NCBI GenBank assembly: GCA_964456285.1
Contig: CAYWBC010000006.1
Coordinates: 4,035 to 68,034 of the forward strand
DNA: 64,000 nucleotides
Direction of reading: 5' to 3'
Origin: an uncultured Bacteroidales bacterium
GTDB taxonomy: Bacteria; Bacteroidota; Bacteroidia; Bacteroidales; UBA10428
The first letter of the stretch is position 1. Each line of letters begins with the position of its first letter. Shown in pieces: positions 48,337 to 59,506 of the stretch. A program made the position numbers and the translations under genes. The notes beneath the pieces were generated by a model. That model saw only the letters and a program-made list of their open reading frames with translations, was not told the DNA's origin and did not search any database.

Positions 48337-49257
48337 TTAATGACTTTCTTTTATTAGTTGCTTTCTGATTAATTTGGCCAACTCAGTATTTGCATGATGT
48401 CCTGGTTTGTGTGCAATTATCTTTGCTTTCAGAGGCATCCCGATAAGTGAAAGATCTCCTACAATATCCAATAATTTATGTCGGGCAGGTTCATTCTGAA
48501 AACTTAACTTTGTATTGTTCAGATACCCTTCCGGAATAACTTCAACCTTAGGTTTCTTAAAAAGTTCAGCAAGCCGGTCCAATTGTTCCTGTGAAATCGG
48601 CTTATCAATAATAACCAAAGCATTATCAAGATCTCCTCCCTTAATCAGATTATTTGCTGCCAGCATTTCAAGTTCATGCAGAAATACAAAAGTCTTACAT
48701 CCTGAAATCTCTTTTTCGAATTCATTTAATGAATTCATTGTGGCATCCTGACAACCCAAAACTTTAGAATTAAAATCGATGTGAACCATAACGCTAAATT
48801 TATCATCAGGATAAGCTGTGATTTTTACGCCGTTTGTTTGGTCAATAAACTCGATCTCTTCTTTCAGAGTATAATATTTTTTTTCAGCATTCTGCTCAGT
48901 AATGCCCACTTCTTTGATTGCTTTCATATAATATTTGGCACTACCATCAAGAATAGGAACTTCAGAAGAGTTTACTTCGATTATAGCATTATCAATTCCA
49001 CTGCCAGACAGAGCTGAACAAGAATGTTCAATTGTCATTACCTGCACGCCATTCTCTTCAATGGTTGTCCCCCTTGAAGTATTAACAACATTTTCAGCTA
49101 AGGCTCTTATTTCTGGTTTATTATCAAGATCAACTCGTCTGAAAACATAACCTGTATCAGGTTCAGCTGGTTTAAAAGTGAGTTCAACTTCCTGACCACT
49201 ATGTAATCCTTTTCCTTTAAGTGTAACATCTTTTGAAATGGTTTTCTGCTTTTCCAT
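48337..49257 (-). CDS. lpxC: UDP-3-O-acyl-N-acetylglucosamine deacetylase, stand-alone (no FabZ fusion)
   Basis: QKTI..G.GLHSG, TIEH, PILDGSA, KGGDLDNA, EPARHKLLDIVGDL, GH; ends at 306 aa. Confidence 0.93.
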   Translation of the reverse strand: MEKQKTISKDVTLKGKGLHSGQEVELTFKPAEPDTGYVFRRVDLDNKPEIRALAENVVNTSRGTTIEENGVQVMTIEHSCSALSGSGIDNAIIEVNSSEVPILDGSAKYYMKAIKEVGITEQNAEKKYYTLKEEIEFIDQTNGVKITAYPDDKFSVMVHIDFNSKVLGCQDATMNSLNEFEKEISGCKTFVFLHELEMLAANNLIKGGDLDNALVIIDKPISQEQLDRLAELFKKPKVEVIPEGYLNNTKLSFQNEPARHKLLDIVGDLSLIGMPLKAKIIAHKPGHHANTELAKLIRKQLIKESH

Positions 49258-49330
49258 TGTATCAGAACCTGAAAGTTATTTTTTCGAGGGCGAAAGATAT
49301 AAAAATCTTGCGAAATGCTTTATAATAAAA

Positions 49331-50371
49331 CTATGACTTGTTTTCAATGAGTTTATTAAGGGCTTTTTCAAGATCATTCAATCTGGTATACATTTCAGGC
49401 AATTTCTTATAGATTATCATTGATCTCCTGGTTTCAGAATAATTATGTGCGGGTGATCCAAGTACAATATCTCCCTTATTCTTGATAGAATTGGCAACTC
49501 CTGCCTGGGCTCCGATTTTAACTTCATCGGCAATAGTTATGTGGCCAACAAGGCCAGCTTGAGCAGCAATTATGCAATTTTTCCCAACTTTCGTTGAGCC
49601 TGCTATTCCCGATTGAGCAATTACTACTGTATTTTCTCCAATTTCCACATTATGTGCAATCTGTATTAAATTATCAAGTTTGGCTCCCTTACGAATAATT
49701 GTTGACCCTATAGTTGCTCTGTCGATGGATACATTTGAACCGGTTTCAACATCATCTTCAAGAATAACATTTCCAATCTGTGGAATTTTCTGAAAAGTGC
49801 CTGAATCCGGGGCAAATCCAAATCCATCTGATCCAACAATTGTGCTGGCATGCAGGATGCAGTTTTTACCGACTGTACACTCCTTATATATTTTCACACC
49901 GGGGTATAGTATTGTATTATCTCCCACAACAACATTATCTCCTAAATAAACCTGGGGATAAATTTTTACATTATCACCAACTTTTACATTATCTCCCAAA
50001 TAAGCGAAAGCCCCAATATAGCAATCTTTGCCATATGTAGCTGTTTCACTGATAAATGTGTTAGGGTCAAGGCCAATCTTTTGAGGTAAAGAACTGGTAT
50101 AAAGGTTTAGTAAGGAAGCAAATGCCTGGTAAGCATCGTTAACCCGAATAAGAGTTGATGACACTTTCTTCTCTAAGTTTAAATCTTTGTTTATCAATAC
50201 AATTGATGCTTCGGTAGAATATAGGTATTTTTCATATTTTGGATTGGCAAGAAAAGCCAGTGTTCCTTTTTTCCCTTCTTCAATTCGAGAAATATTTGTA
50301 ACTGTTTCCTCAGGATTTCCTTCAAGAGTTCCCTTCAGAAAATCAGCAATCATTTGAGCGGTAAATTCCAT
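49331..50371 (-). CDS. lpxD: UDP-3-O-(3-hydroxyacyl)glucosamine N-acyltransferase
   Basis: [40 protein letters not shown]; start moved to 50371. Confidence 0.96.
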   Translation of the reverse strand: MEFTAQMIADFLKGTLEGNPEETVTNISRIEEGKKGTLAFLANPKYEKYLYSTEASIVLINKDLNLEKKVSSTLIRVNDAYQAFASLLNLYTSSLPQKIGLDPNTFISETATYGKDCYIGAFAYLGDNVKVGDNVKIYPQVYLGDNVVVGDNTILYPGVKIYKECTVGKNCILHASTIVGSDGFGFAPDSGTFQKIPQIGNVILEDDVETGSNVSIDRATIGSTIIRKGAKLDNLIQIAHNVEIGENTVVIAQSGIAGSTKVGKNCIIAAQAGLVGHITIADEVKIGAQAGVANSIKNKGDIVLGSPAHNYSETRRSMIIYKKLPEMYTRLNDLEKALNKLIENKS

Positions 50372-50408
50372 AGTATAAAAATTTGGATGCAAAAGTAGAG
50401 AATATAAT

Positions 50409-51680
50409 TTATACTCCACAATTCTTAGGATAACATATATAATATTTTATTTCTGATTTCTGAAGGTATGGAACATTCAGAATGTCAGAAACTTTAGAAA
50501 GATCTTTTGTCTCATTTTCATCGATGAGAATTTGTATCATATCATCAATACTGCTAAATGCTGAATTGGAAATTTCACCTGAAATGAGAAGGAATGAAGC
50601 TTCATCCTCAGAAAGGTGGTAGGTTTCAATAACCTTGTTTATGATCTGAGATACTTGTTTTCTATTGGGCTTATTCTCACTTAGGGTCATGGTTGGCAAT
50701 TTCCTTTCAATCAGATTTCGAGCCAGTATAGAAAGTACTTTGTCACTATGATTTATCCAGACTTTGGCCGATGAGATAATATCCGAATCGTCAAGATGTA
50801 CAAAATGTGAGATCACTTTCTGAAGTTGACCTTTATAGTTGTCAGTATTGATATCCTGATTTAGGAAAAATGAGAGAGAAGGTGTGGCAAATACATCTAT
50901 GCCCCTGTTTCCAAGATATTTTGCACGCTGTAGCATTTTTACCAACAGATATTCAGATGCCATAACCGTTTTGTGTAAATACACTTGCCAATACATTAAC
51001 CTACGGGAAATGAGAAATTTTTCAACTGAGTAAATGCCTTTTTTTTCTACAACCAGATTATCGCCCGAAACACTAAGCATTTTAATAATACGATCTGTTC
51101 CGATTGTACCTTCCGTTACTCCGGTAAAGAAGCTATCGCGTTTGATATAGTCCAATCGATCCATATCTAATTGACTCGAAACCAGTTGGTGAAGAAATTT
51201 CTTAGAATAGTTGTTATTGAAAATTTGTATAGCAAGATCTAATTTTCCTTCAAATTGTTGGTTCAGATCATTCATAAGAAGTTGTGAGAGCATTTCATGA
51301 TTTATTCCTGAAATCAGACTCTCTTCCAGAGCATGGGAAAAAGGACCGTGGCCAATGTCATGCAAAAGTATTGCAGCAAGTACTGCATCTTCTTCATAAG
51401 GAGTGATTTTAACGTCTTTACTTTTCAGACTTTCCAAAGCAATGGACATGAGATGCAAAGCACCTATAGTATGTTGAAACCTGGAGTGTGTAGCTCCCGG
51501 AAATACATAATGCGTTAATCCCAACTGCATAATCCTTCTTAGTCGCTGAAAATAAGGATGCTCAATAAGGTCAAAAATGAATTCAGAGGGTATGCTGACA
51601 AATCCATGAACAGGATCATTTATAATCTTTTTTTTATTGGTCTTTTTTGTATTCAAGTTGTGTCTGGAGTTTCTTTTCAC
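50409..51680 (-). CDS. HD-domain phosphohydrolase (dNTP triphosphohydrolase/SAMHD1-like)
   Basis: [44 protein letters not shown]; start uncertain. Confidence 0.88.
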   Translation of the reverse strand: MKRNSRHNLNTKKTNKKKIINDPVHGFVSIPSEFIFDLIEHPYFQRLRRIMQLGLTHYVFPGATHSRFQHTIGALHLMSIALESLKSKDVKITPYEEDAVLAAILLHDIGHGPFSHALEESLISGINHEMLSQLLMNDLNQQFEGKLDLAIQIFNNNYSKKFLHQLVSSQLDMDRLDYIKRDSFFTGVTEGTIGTDRIIKMLSVSGDNLVVEKKGIYSVEKFLISRRLMYWQVYLHKTVMASEYLLVKMLQRAKYLGNRGIDVFATPSLSFFLNQDINTDNYKGQLQKVISHFVHLDDSDIISSAKVWINHSDKVLSILARNLIERKLPTMTLSENKPNRKQVSQIINKVIETYHLSEDEASFLLISGEISNSAFSSIDDMIQILIDENETKDLSKVSDILNVPYLQKSEIKYYICYPKNCGV

Positions 51681-51765
51681 AAATCTATTAATTCATTATT
51701 ACTTTCTGTAATAATTATAAGCCTTATAAATTTTAGTTTAATTATTGATGAATAAGTAATAAAAT

Positions 51766-51796
51766 TTTGTTGTTATTGTGATATTTTATAATTTTA
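51766..51796 (+). promoter_or_regulatory. Putative -33/-7 promoter of the rimP-nusA-infB operon
   Basis: TTTG (51766-51769), 19-nt spacer, TAATTTTA (51789-51796; one mismatch to TAnnTTTG). Confidence 0.45.
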
Positions 51797-51827
51797 CAGC
51801 TTAAAGAGAATTGATTTTGATAAAAGG

Positions 51828-51855
51828 ATAGGGGACAGAAGTCCCCTATTTTATT
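51828..51855 (+). terminator. Terminator-like hairpin in the rimP 5' leader
   Basis: ATAGGGGAC-AGAA-GTCCCCTAT perfect 9-bp stem followed by TTTATT, ending 8 nt before the rimP ATG. Confidence 0.65.
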
Positions 51856-51863
51856 GCCGGTAA

Positions 51864-52328
51864 ATGATTGAAAAAGAAAAAATATTGGGGTTGATCAAGG
51901 ACTTGATAGAAGAAAGGGAGCATTTTGTAGTACAACTCGATATCAGTACTTCCAATTCAATTCGCTTGTTGGCAGACAATATGAAAGGGATACAAATTCA
52001 TGAATGTGTTGAATTGAGTCGTGCTATTGAAAAGGGTTTAGATAGGGAAACTGAGGATTTTGAGCTTTTAGTTTCTTCACCCGGACTTGATTCTCCATTT
52101 AAAGTAAAACAACAATATGTTAAAAATATTGGAAAAGAACTTGAGGTATCTTTAAAGGAGGGGAGAAAATTGCAGGGAACACTTATTGAGGCAGATAACG
52201 ATGGTTTTAGCCTTGAAGAGACAAAAAAAGTAAAGATGGAAGGAAAAAAAAAGAAACAGACATTGATTGAGAAACATAGAATATTATTTAATGATACTAA
52301 TGAAGTTAAACTGATCATTAAATTTTGA
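51864..52328 (+). CDS. rimP: Ribosome maturation factor RimP
   Basis: ECVELSRAIE, FELLVSSPGL..P, QYVKNIG; first gene of the nusA operon. Confidence 0.93.
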   Translation: MIEKEKILGLIKDLIEEREHFVVQLDISTSNSIRLLADNMKGIQIHECVELSRAIEKGLDRETEDFELLVSSPGLDSPFKVKQQYVKNIGKELEVSLKEGRKLQGTLIEADNDGFSLEETKKVKMEGKKKKQTLIEKHRILFNDTNEVKLIIKF

Positions 52329-52352
52329 GTAAAAGAATAAATAAAATTTAAT

Positions 52353-53588
52353 ATGGAAAATTTAAATCTGATTGACACATTTTCGGAGTTTAAAGAGCTT
52401 AAGAATATTGATAGAGCCACTATGATTTCAGTACTTGAGGATGTTTTTCGCAGCATGCTGCAAAAAATGTTTGATACTGATGAGAATTTTGATGTGATTA
52501 TCAATATTGATAAAGGTGACTTTGAAATATGGCGCAACCGCGAAGTTGTGGAAGATGGTTTAGTAGAAGACCCGAATAGACAAATATCATTATCGGAAGC
52601 AAAAAAAATTGATGATGATTATGAGATTGGAGAAGATGTTACTGACGAAGTAAAATTTGTAGATTTTGGCAGGAGAGCAATATTAGCACTGCGTCAAAAT
52701 CTTACGGCAAGAATTCTTGATCTGGAGAAGAACAATGTATATCTGAAATATAGTGAGCGTATAGGAGATATAATAACAGGAGAAATTTATCAGGTTTGGA
52801 AAAGAGAAATACTTGTACTCGATGAAGAAGCGAATGAACTAATACTTCCTAAATCTGAACAAATTCCTTCTGATTATTTCAGAAAAGGAGATACAATACG
52901 CGCTGTTGTTGTTAATGTTGAAATGCGTAACAATACTCCTTTGATCATTTTATCGCGCACATCTCCTGTTTTTCTTGAAAGGCTTTTTGAGCTTGAAGTA
53001 CCTGAAATATTTGATGGGCTGATCACCATTAAAAAAATAGTTCGAGTGCCCGGAGAAAGAGCGAAAGTTGCGGTTGAATCTTATGATGAGCGTATAGACC
53101 CTGTGGGAGCATGTGTTGGAATGAAGGGATCCAGAATTCATGGTATTGTAAGAGAATTGAAAAATGAAAATATTGATGTGATTAACTTCACCAATAATAT
53201 TCAGCTTTACATTACTCGAGCACTTAGTCCTGCTAAAATTCTTAATATTAAAATAGACCAGGAAAACAAAAAGGCTGAAGTTTATTTGAAACCTAATGAA
53301 GTATCATTAGCGATAGGGAAAGGAGGCCTAAATATAAAACTTGCAAGTCAGCTTACAGATTACGAAATTGATGTTTATCGCGAGGCAAGTGAGGATGATG
53401 AAGACGTAAATCTAGAAGAATTTGCAGATGAAATCGACAGTTGGATTCTTGATGAACTTAAAGCGGTTGGTTGTGATACCGCAAAGAGTGTTCTGGAACT
53501 TTCTGTGGAAGATTTAGTAAAACGTACTGATCTTGAGGAAGAGACAATAGGCGAAGTGGTTAAGATATTAAAAGCTGAGTTTGAATAA
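52353..53588 (+). CDS. nusA: Transcription termination/antitermination factor NusA
   Basis: FGRRA..LRQ, S1 domain, LSRT, R.PGERAKVAV, GACVG.KGSRI, AIGKGG.N..LA. Confidence 0.98.
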   Translation: MENLNLIDTFSEFKELKNIDRATMISVLEDVFRSMLQKMFDTDENFDVIINIDKGDFEIWRNREVVEDGLVEDPNRQISLSEAKKIDDDYEIGEDVTDEVKFVDFGRRAILALRQNLTARILDLEKNNVYLKYSERIGDIITGEIYQVWKREILVLDEEANELILPKSEQIPSDYFRKGDTIRAVVVNVEMRNNTPLIILSRTSPVFLERLFELEVPEIFDGLITIKKIVRVPGERAKVAVESYDERIDPVGACVGMKGSRIHGIVRELKNENIDVINFTNNIQLYITRALSPAKILNIKIDQENKKAEVYLKPNEVSLAIGKGGLNIKLASQLTDYEIDVYREASEDDEDVNLEEFADEIDSWILDELKAVGCDTAKSVLELSVEDLVKRTDLEEETIGEVVKILKAEFE

Positions 53589-53651
53589 TAAGCAGTATAT
53601 TAGCGACGAATCAATAATACAGTAGTGATAGCTTAGAAAACAGGATTTTTT

Positions 53652-56525
53652 ATGGCAGATATCAAGGCAACCAGATTGAGTAAAATTGCAAGAGAATTTA
53701 ATGTTGGGATTAATACCATCGTTGAGTTTCTTCATAAAAAGGGCGAAAAAGTTGATTCAAACCCTAATACAAAAATTACGTCCGAACAATACGCATTGTT
53801 ATTGGATGAGTTTAGTTCTGATCTTTCCATCAAAAAGGAGTCTGATAAATTAAATCTTAGACACCTTTCTGAACAGAATAAGCCTTTATCTGAGGATAAA
53901 CCATCTGAAGAACCAGAAGAAGGAAGCGAGGAACAGGAAGAGTTTATTATAAAAGACACAAGTGCAAAAGCTTCTGTTACTGAATCAGATGATAAACTTA
54001 AGCTAAAAGTACTTGGCAAGATTGATTTAGAAGAAAAGGGGAAGAAAGAAGTTGTAAAAGAGAAAATTGAAGAGCTAAATAAGGAAGGAAAAGAGATTGA
54101 AGAAATAGTAAGTACTCAAAAAGATGAGAAGCCTGATACTACTGCAGAAGAAAATGTCTCAGAAAGCATCAAGGAAGAGGATTCTAAAGTAAAAGTGGTT
54201 GGAAAAATTGATCTTGATTCCATGAATCAACGGACTCGCCCAGCCAAGAAAACAACAAAGCAAATAGAAGAAGAAAAAATAAAGGCAGCAGAAGAAAAGA
54301 AGGCAATAGAAAAAGCTGCTGAGATAGAAGAAGACACCATAGAGGAGATTGAGCAACCTAAGAAAAAGCTTGTTGACAATAATGTTATTGAGACAAAGGT
54401 GAAGAAGCTGAATGGGCCAACTGTTGTTGGAAAAATGGATTTGCCTGAGAAAACAAAGAAAGTTGATACTAATGAAAATGCTTTTGACAAAAAGAGGAAG
54501 AGAAAGAGGATAAGAAAAGAAAAGATAAAGCTTGATGAAAATAAGACAAACAAGGGGGGTAATGATACTTTAAGCCGGGATAAATCGAAGAAAAGTCATA
54601 AAAAAAGAACCCTTAAGCCGGAGGTAAGTGAGGAGGATGTTCAAAAGCAGATCAAAGATACTTTAGCGCGACTAACAAAAAGTAAATCAAAAGGCGCAAA
54701 ATACCGAAGGGAAAAACGAGATGCCGTCAGTCAGAAATTAGAAGAGGAAACACTCAGGAAGGAAGAATCAAAAAACCAACTGCTGGTTACGGAATTTGTT
54801 TCTGTTAATGAATTGGCCTCGATGATGGATGTTGCTCCAAATGAAGTTATTGCTACATGCATGAGCCTTGGTATGTTTGTTTCTATCAATCAGAGACTTG
54901 ATGCCGAAACTATGTCTCTGGTAGCCGAAGAGTTTGGGTATACTGTTAAATTTATTAGTGTTGATGTTCAGGAGGCCATTAAAGAAGAAGTTGACCGTGA
55001 AGAAGATTTAGAACCACGATCACCTATTGTTACTGTAATGGGGCATGTTGATCATGGTAAAACCAAATTACTGGATTACATCAGACATGCAAATGTTATT
55101 GATGGCGAAGCAGGAGGAATAACCCAGCATATTGGAGCATATAGTGTTAAGCTTGACGATGACAAGAGAATAACATTTTTAGATACTCCCGGCCATGAGG
55201 CCTTTACTGCTATGCGAGCAAGGGGAGCACAGGTTACGGATTTGGTAATTATTGTTGTTGCGGCAGATGATGGCATTAAACCTCAAACTGTTGAAGCTAT
55301 TAATCATGCTCAGGCTGCCGGTGTGCCAATGGTATTTGCAATCAATAAAATTGATAAGTCAAATGCTAATCCTGAGAAAATAAAAGAAGAATTGGCCAAT
55401 ATGAATATTCTTGTTGAAGATTGGGGAGGAAAATTCCAGTCTCAGGATATCTCGGCAAAAAATGGAATAAACATTGAAGAATTGCTTGAGAAAGTTTTAC
55501 TTGAGGCTGAATTACTTGAATTAAAAGCAAATAAAAATAAACCGGCTTCAGGAACAGTAGTTGAATCTGCTCTTGATAAGGGTAGAGGATTTACTACTAC
55601 CTTACTTGTACAGGCAGGTACTTTAAGGGTTGGAGATATTTTGCTGGCGGGAGTGCAAATGGGAAGAGTAAAAGCTATGTATAATGAAAGAGGAAAGCTT
55701 GTTAATGAGGTTGGTCCGGCTACACCGGCACTTATTTTAGGACTTAGTGGGGCTCCCCAGGCAGGTGATAAGTTTAATGTTATGACCAGCGATAAAGAGG
55801 CAAGAGAGATAGCAAATAAGCGCGAGCAACTTCAGCGTGAGCAGGGAATGCGGACTCAAAAACACATTACACTCGATGAAATTGGTCGACGTATTGCAAT
55901 AGGAAACTTCCAGGAATTAAATATCATTGTTAAGGGAGATGTTGATGGTTCTGTGGAAGCTCTTTCAGATTCATTGATCAAACTTTCTACTGAAGAAATA
56001 CAGGTCAATATAAAACACAAGGCAGTTGGACAAATTTCTGAAGCCGATATTTTATTGGCAGCTGCCTCAAATGCCATTGTAGTTGGATTCCAGGTGCGCC
56101 CTTCATTGAGCGCTAGGAAACTAGCCGAGAAGGAGGAAATCGATATCCGTTTGTATTCTATTATTTATGATGCTATTGAAGAGATAAGATCGGCAATGGA
56201 AGGGATGTTATCTCCAGAAATTAAGGAAGAAATTACAGCTACGCTTGAACTTCTTGAAGTTTTTAAAATTACAAAAGTTGGAACAATAGCGGGTTGTATG
56301 GTGAAGGAAGGTAAGATTCGGCGTGATACAAAAGTGAGAGTGATACGCGAAGGGATTGTTATTTATACTGGCGTACTGGGTTCTCTAAAACGTTTTAAAG
56401 ATGATGTAAAAGAAGTTGTTAGCGGCCAGGATTGTGGCTTAAATATTGAAAATTTTAATGATATTAAAGTTGGAGATATACTGGAAGCATTTGAGGAGAC
56501 AGAGGTTAAGAAAAAATTAAAGTAA
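53652..56525 (+). CDS. infB: Translation initiation factor IF-2
   Basis: Long charged N-terminus; [39 protein letters not shown]-terminal beta-barrel domain. Confidence 0.99.
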   Translation: MADIKATRLSKIAREFNVGINTIVEFLHKKGEKVDSNPNTKITSEQYALLLDEFSSDLSIKKESDKLNLRHLSEQNKPLSEDKPSEEPEEGSEEQEEFIIKDTSAKASVTESDDKLKLKVLGKIDLEEKGKKEVVKEKIEELNKEGKEIEEIVSTQKDEKPDTTAEENVSESIKEEDSKVKVVGKIDLDSMNQRTRPAKKTTKQIEEEKIKAAEEKKAIEKAAEIEEDTIEEIEQPKKKLVDNNVIETKVKKLNGPTVVGKMDLPEKTKKVDTNENAFDKKRKRKRIRKEKIKLDENKTNKGGNDTLSRDKSKKSHKKRTLKPEVSEEDVQKQIKDTLARLTKSKSKGAKYRREKRDAVSQKLEEETLRKEESKNQLLVTEFVSVNELASMMDVAPNEVIATCMSLGMFVSINQRLDAETMSLVAEEFGYTVKFISVDVQEAIKEEVDREEDLEPRSPIVTVMGHVDHGKTKLLDYIRHANVIDGEAGGITQHIGAYSVKLDDDKRITFLDTPGHEAFTAMRARGAQVTDLVIIVVAADDGIKPQTVEAINHAQAAGVPMVFAINKIDKSNANPEKIKEELANMNILVEDWGGKFQSQDISAKNGINIEELLEKVLLEAELLELKANKNKPASGTVVESALDKGRGFTTTLLVQAGTLRVGDILLAGVQMGRVKAMYNERGKLVNEVGPATPALILGLSGAPQAGDKFNVMTSDKEAREIANKREQLQREQGMRTQKHITLDEIGRRIAIGNFQELNIIVKGDVDGSVEALSDSLIKLSTEEIQVNIKHKAVGQISEADILLAAASNAIVVGFQVRPSLSARKLAEKEEIDIRLYSIIYDAIEEIRSAMEGMLSPEIKEEITATLELLEVFKITKVGTIAGCMVKEGKIRRDTKVRVIREGIVIYTGVLGSLKRFKDDVKEVVSGQDCGLNIENFNDIKVGDILEAFEETEVKKKLK

Positions 56526-56538
56526 AATATATGATTTA

Positions 56539-56576
56539 AACAAAAAAAGGCTCAAATTGTTGAGCCTTTTTTTGTT
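56539..56576 (+). terminator. Intrinsic terminator after infB
   Basis: AACAAAAAAAGGCTCAA-ATTG-TTGAGCCTTTTTTTGTT, 17-bp perfect inverted repeat with a T7 tract. Confidence 0.88.
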
Positions 56577-56585
56577 ACTACTATT

Positions 56586-57518
56586 ATGAAAACCAATCAA
56601 AAAATATGGTCTGATAAAATAAAACAAAAGGCAAAATCGATAGGATTCACCGACTGTAAAATAGCCCAGGCAGGTTTATTATCGGAAGATGCCAAGCATC
56701 TTAGAAAATGGTTAGTAGAAGGAATGCATGCAGACATGCATTACATGGAGAATCATTTTGAAAAGAGAATCAACCCGAAAAAACTGATGCCTGGAGCAAA
56801 GTCTGTTATTGTTGTACTTCTTAATTATTTTCCTAAAGATAAATTGGCTGAAGAAGGTAATTTTCATTTCTCAAAATATGCTTATGGGCGCGATTATCAT
56901 AAAGTGATGAAGACCATGCTTAAAAATTTGCAAATAGCTATTCACGATGAGATTGTGCCTCATAATGCAAGGATTTTTGTTGATTCTGCACCAGTACTCG
57001 AAAGAGCTTGGGCTGAAATGGCTGGATTGGGTTGGATTGGAAAAAATGCAAATCTGATTTCTCCTGAACATGGATCTTTTGTTTTTATTGGTGAACTGCT
57101 GGTAGATATTGAATTGGAGTATGATAAACCTATAAAAGATTATTGCGGTAGCTGCACAAAATGTATGCAGGCATGCCCTACAAATGCAATTCTTAAACCT
57201 AAGACAATTGACAGCAGGTTGTGCATTTCCTATTGGACAATTGAGAATAAGGGACCTATTGATGATGCCATGAAAGGAAAATTTCAAAATAGTATTTTCG
57301 GCTGTGATATTTGCCAGGATGTTTGTCCATGGAATAAGAAAGTAAAATCTCATAATGTTGAAGAATTTAAACCTGCTCCGGAATTAATCAATACGGTGCT
57401 AAAAGACTGGAATCAACTTACCGAGGAGAGATTCAACAAACTTTTCAATGGCTCCGCTGTAAATAGAACCGGGTATGCTGGATTAAAACGAAATATCCGT
57501 TTTGTAAATGATAAATAA
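56586..57518 (+). CDS. queG: Epoxyqueuosine reductase
   Basis: SKYAYGRDYH, VDSAPVLER, GWIGKN, CGSCTKCMQACPT, CISYWTIE, FGCDICQDVCPWN. Confidence 0.96.
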   Translation: MKTNQKIWSDKIKQKAKSIGFTDCKIAQAGLLSEDAKHLRKWLVEGMHADMHYMENHFEKRINPKKLMPGAKSVIVVLLNYFPKDKLAEEGNFHFSKYAYGRDYHKVMKTMLKNLQIAIHDEIVPHNARIFVDSAPVLERAWAEMAGLGWIGKNANLISPEHGSFVFIGELLVDIELEYDKPIKDYCGSCTKCMQACPTNAILKPKTIDSRLCISYWTIENKGPIDDAMKGKFQNSIFGCDICQDVCPWNKKVKSHNVEEFKPAPELINTVLKDWNQLTEERFNKLFNGSAVNRTGYAGLKRNIRFVNDK

Positions 57519-57612
57519 GTTATTTGATCATAGGAATCGAATGATACTGCATCATATATAAGCATAACAGAATTAAGTATCTTTAATAGTCTAAATCAGA
57601 ATTAAAACAACG

Positions 57613-58911
57613 ATGGAAAAACTTGATCCACAGTTAATGCACCCCAGAGATCAGATTACTGAAATAATAAGTAGGATCTACAAGGCAGGAATGACTACAA
57701 CCTCAGGAGGGAATATCTCAATTATTGATAATGCCGGGGATATTTGGGTCACACCTTCTGCAATTGATAAGGGTTCACTTACGCGGAAAGACATTATCTG
57801 CATGAAAAAAGATGGTATTATCAAAGGACATCATAAGCCATCGTCTGAATATCCATTTCATAAAGCTATCTATTCAGCACGGCCTGATATCAAAGCGATC
57901 ATCCATGCTCATCCTCCGGCACTGGTGTCATTTAGTATTGTGAGACAGAAACCGAACATGAATATTATACCTCAAGCTAAAAATGTTTGTGGTTCCATTG
58001 GTTATGCCAATTATGCCATTCCCGGGGGAGAGGAACTTGGAAAAGCCATTGCAGCTGAGTTTATTAAAGGCCATGATGCAGTTATCATGGAAAATCATGG
58101 AACGGTTGTAGGAGGTTCAGATTTACTCGATGCTTTTATCCGGTTTGAAACCTTTGAATTTGCTTGCAGGACCATTATTGGTGCTAAAACAGTAGGCAAA
58201 GCCATATACCTTAACGACGATCAAATTGAGAAATTTGAGGATCAAATTCCAAGAGATTTGCCTGAGATGCAAAAAGTTGAACACACCACAGATGAGTTAT
58301 CTATTCGTCGGAATATCCGCAACGTGGTTCGGCGTGCTTGTCTGCAGGGATTAATGATTGGTTCATATGGTACTGTTTCGGCTCGATGGCATGGTAATAA
58401 TTTTTTAATTACACCAACTAACGTTCCCCGATGGGAAATTACTCTGGAGGATATTGTTCAAATTCGGGATGGAAAACGTGAACAAGGAAAACTCCCGAGT
58501 CGTGCAGTTAAGATTCATAAGGATATTTATACAAAGAATCCTCACATTAATTCCATCATTCTTACACAGCCACCAAACATTATGGCTTTTGGAGTTACAA
58601 ATGTAAGACTTGATGTTAGAACCATACCGGAAAGTTGGATCTTTCTCCAGGATATCCCTGTAATTAAATTTGGAGATCAGTTTGCAGGGAATGATACTAT
58701 TCCTAAATTATTAAATCCTAATACTCCTGCACTTATTATTCAAAATGATGCGATTGTTGTTACTGGTGATAAATTGCTACAGACATTCGATCGACTTGAG
58801 GTTGCTGAATTTAGTGCAAAGTCTCTTATTATGAGTACTCCGTTGGGCAGCTTGGTTCCAATAGGTGAAGCTGATATTCAAGGTTTAAGAAATAAATTTC
58901 TCAAAAACTAA
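57613..58911 (+). CDS. Class II aldolase/adducin-family protein with two tandem domains
   Basis: Domain 1: GGNIS, PSSE..FH, IHAHP, MENHG; domain 2 is a degenerate copy. Confidence 0.85.
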   Translation: MEKLDPQLMHPRDQITEIISRIYKAGMTTTSGGNISIIDNAGDIWVTPSAIDKGSLTRKDIICMKKDGIIKGHHKPSSEYPFHKAIYSARPDIKAIIHAHPPALVSFSIVRQKPNMNIIPQAKNVCGSIGYANYAIPGGEELGKAIAAEFIKGHDAVIMENHGTVVGGSDLLDAFIRFETFEFACRTIIGAKTVGKAIYLNDDQIEKFEDQIPRDLPEMQKVEHTTDELSIRRNIRNVVRRACLQGLMIGSYGTVSARWHGNNFLITPTNVPRWEITLEDIVQIRDGKREQGKLPSRAVKIHKDIYTKNPHINSIILTQPPNIMAFGVTNVRLDVRTIPESWIFLQDIPVIKFGDQFAGNDTIPKLLNPNTPALIIQNDAIVVTGDKLLQTFDRLEVAEFSAKSLIMSTPLGSLVPIGEADIQGLRNKFLKN

Positions 58912-58996
58912 CACAACTATATCATTAGCTCCAGAATTATATACATAAAGGAATTAAGAATCGAAATTTGTAGGATCTTCCTGAGAACACTAAATT

Positions 58997-59407
58997 CTAG
59001 GGCTTGGTATCTATCAGTGTTACAACAATACTCCGCTTATTCCTCGGACCGTCAAATTCACAAAAGAAGATATTCTGCCAGGTAGATAAGCCCATTTTGC
59101 CATTTACTATTGGTATTGTTTCGCTTGGCCCGACAATGCCTGCTTTTAAATGTGAATCACCGTTATTGTCCTGAGCATCATGTTCCCATATGCCCGAAGG
59201 AACAAGTTTATTGAAAAGAGTAATAACATCATTTTGTACAGACTGGTCCCAGTTTTCCTGTATCATTATTCCAGCTGTAGCTCCCTGAGCATAGACATTA
59301 ACAATGCCTGCATTTATTTTACTTTTTGATAAAATGGCTTCTACTTTTGCTGTTATATCAAACAGCCCATTCTGACAATTTGTAGTTATTTGTATTACTT
59401 CCTGCAT
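58997..59407 (-). CDS. yjbQ: YjbQ/UPF0047 family protein
   Basis: ATAGIMIQEN, N.DSHLKA, LSTWQNIFFCEFDGPR. Confidence 0.92.
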   Translation of the reverse strand: MQEVIQITTNCQNGLFDITAKVEAILSKSKINAGIVNVYAQGATAGIMIQENWDQSVQNDVITLFNKLVPSGIWEHDAQDNNGDSHLKAGIVGPSETIPIVNGKMGLSTWQNIFFCEFDGPRNKRSIVVTLIDTKP

Positions 59408-59506
59408 TTTGCTAAATTTGTGGAGTTTTAGAAATAGCTGTTAACTCGTTATTTTAAAGATAATATTAGTTAAATTGTATAGGAAATTTTATTCTGAGCT
59501 AGAAAA

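Noticed and set aside
17872-50419. Long N-terminal extensions given by the ORF track for yraN, cysK, the anti-sigma, pgk, gldH, the ATL gene, sufS and lpxD
   Set aside because: The extensions run into upstream genes, promoters or repeats, and family similarity begins at the downstream ATG used in the feature list.
50409-51680. HD-domain dNTPase as an anti-phage nucleotide-depletion system
   Set aside because: It heads the lpxD-lpxC-lpxA operon, a core-genome context, and has no defence neighbours. Not excluded biochemically.
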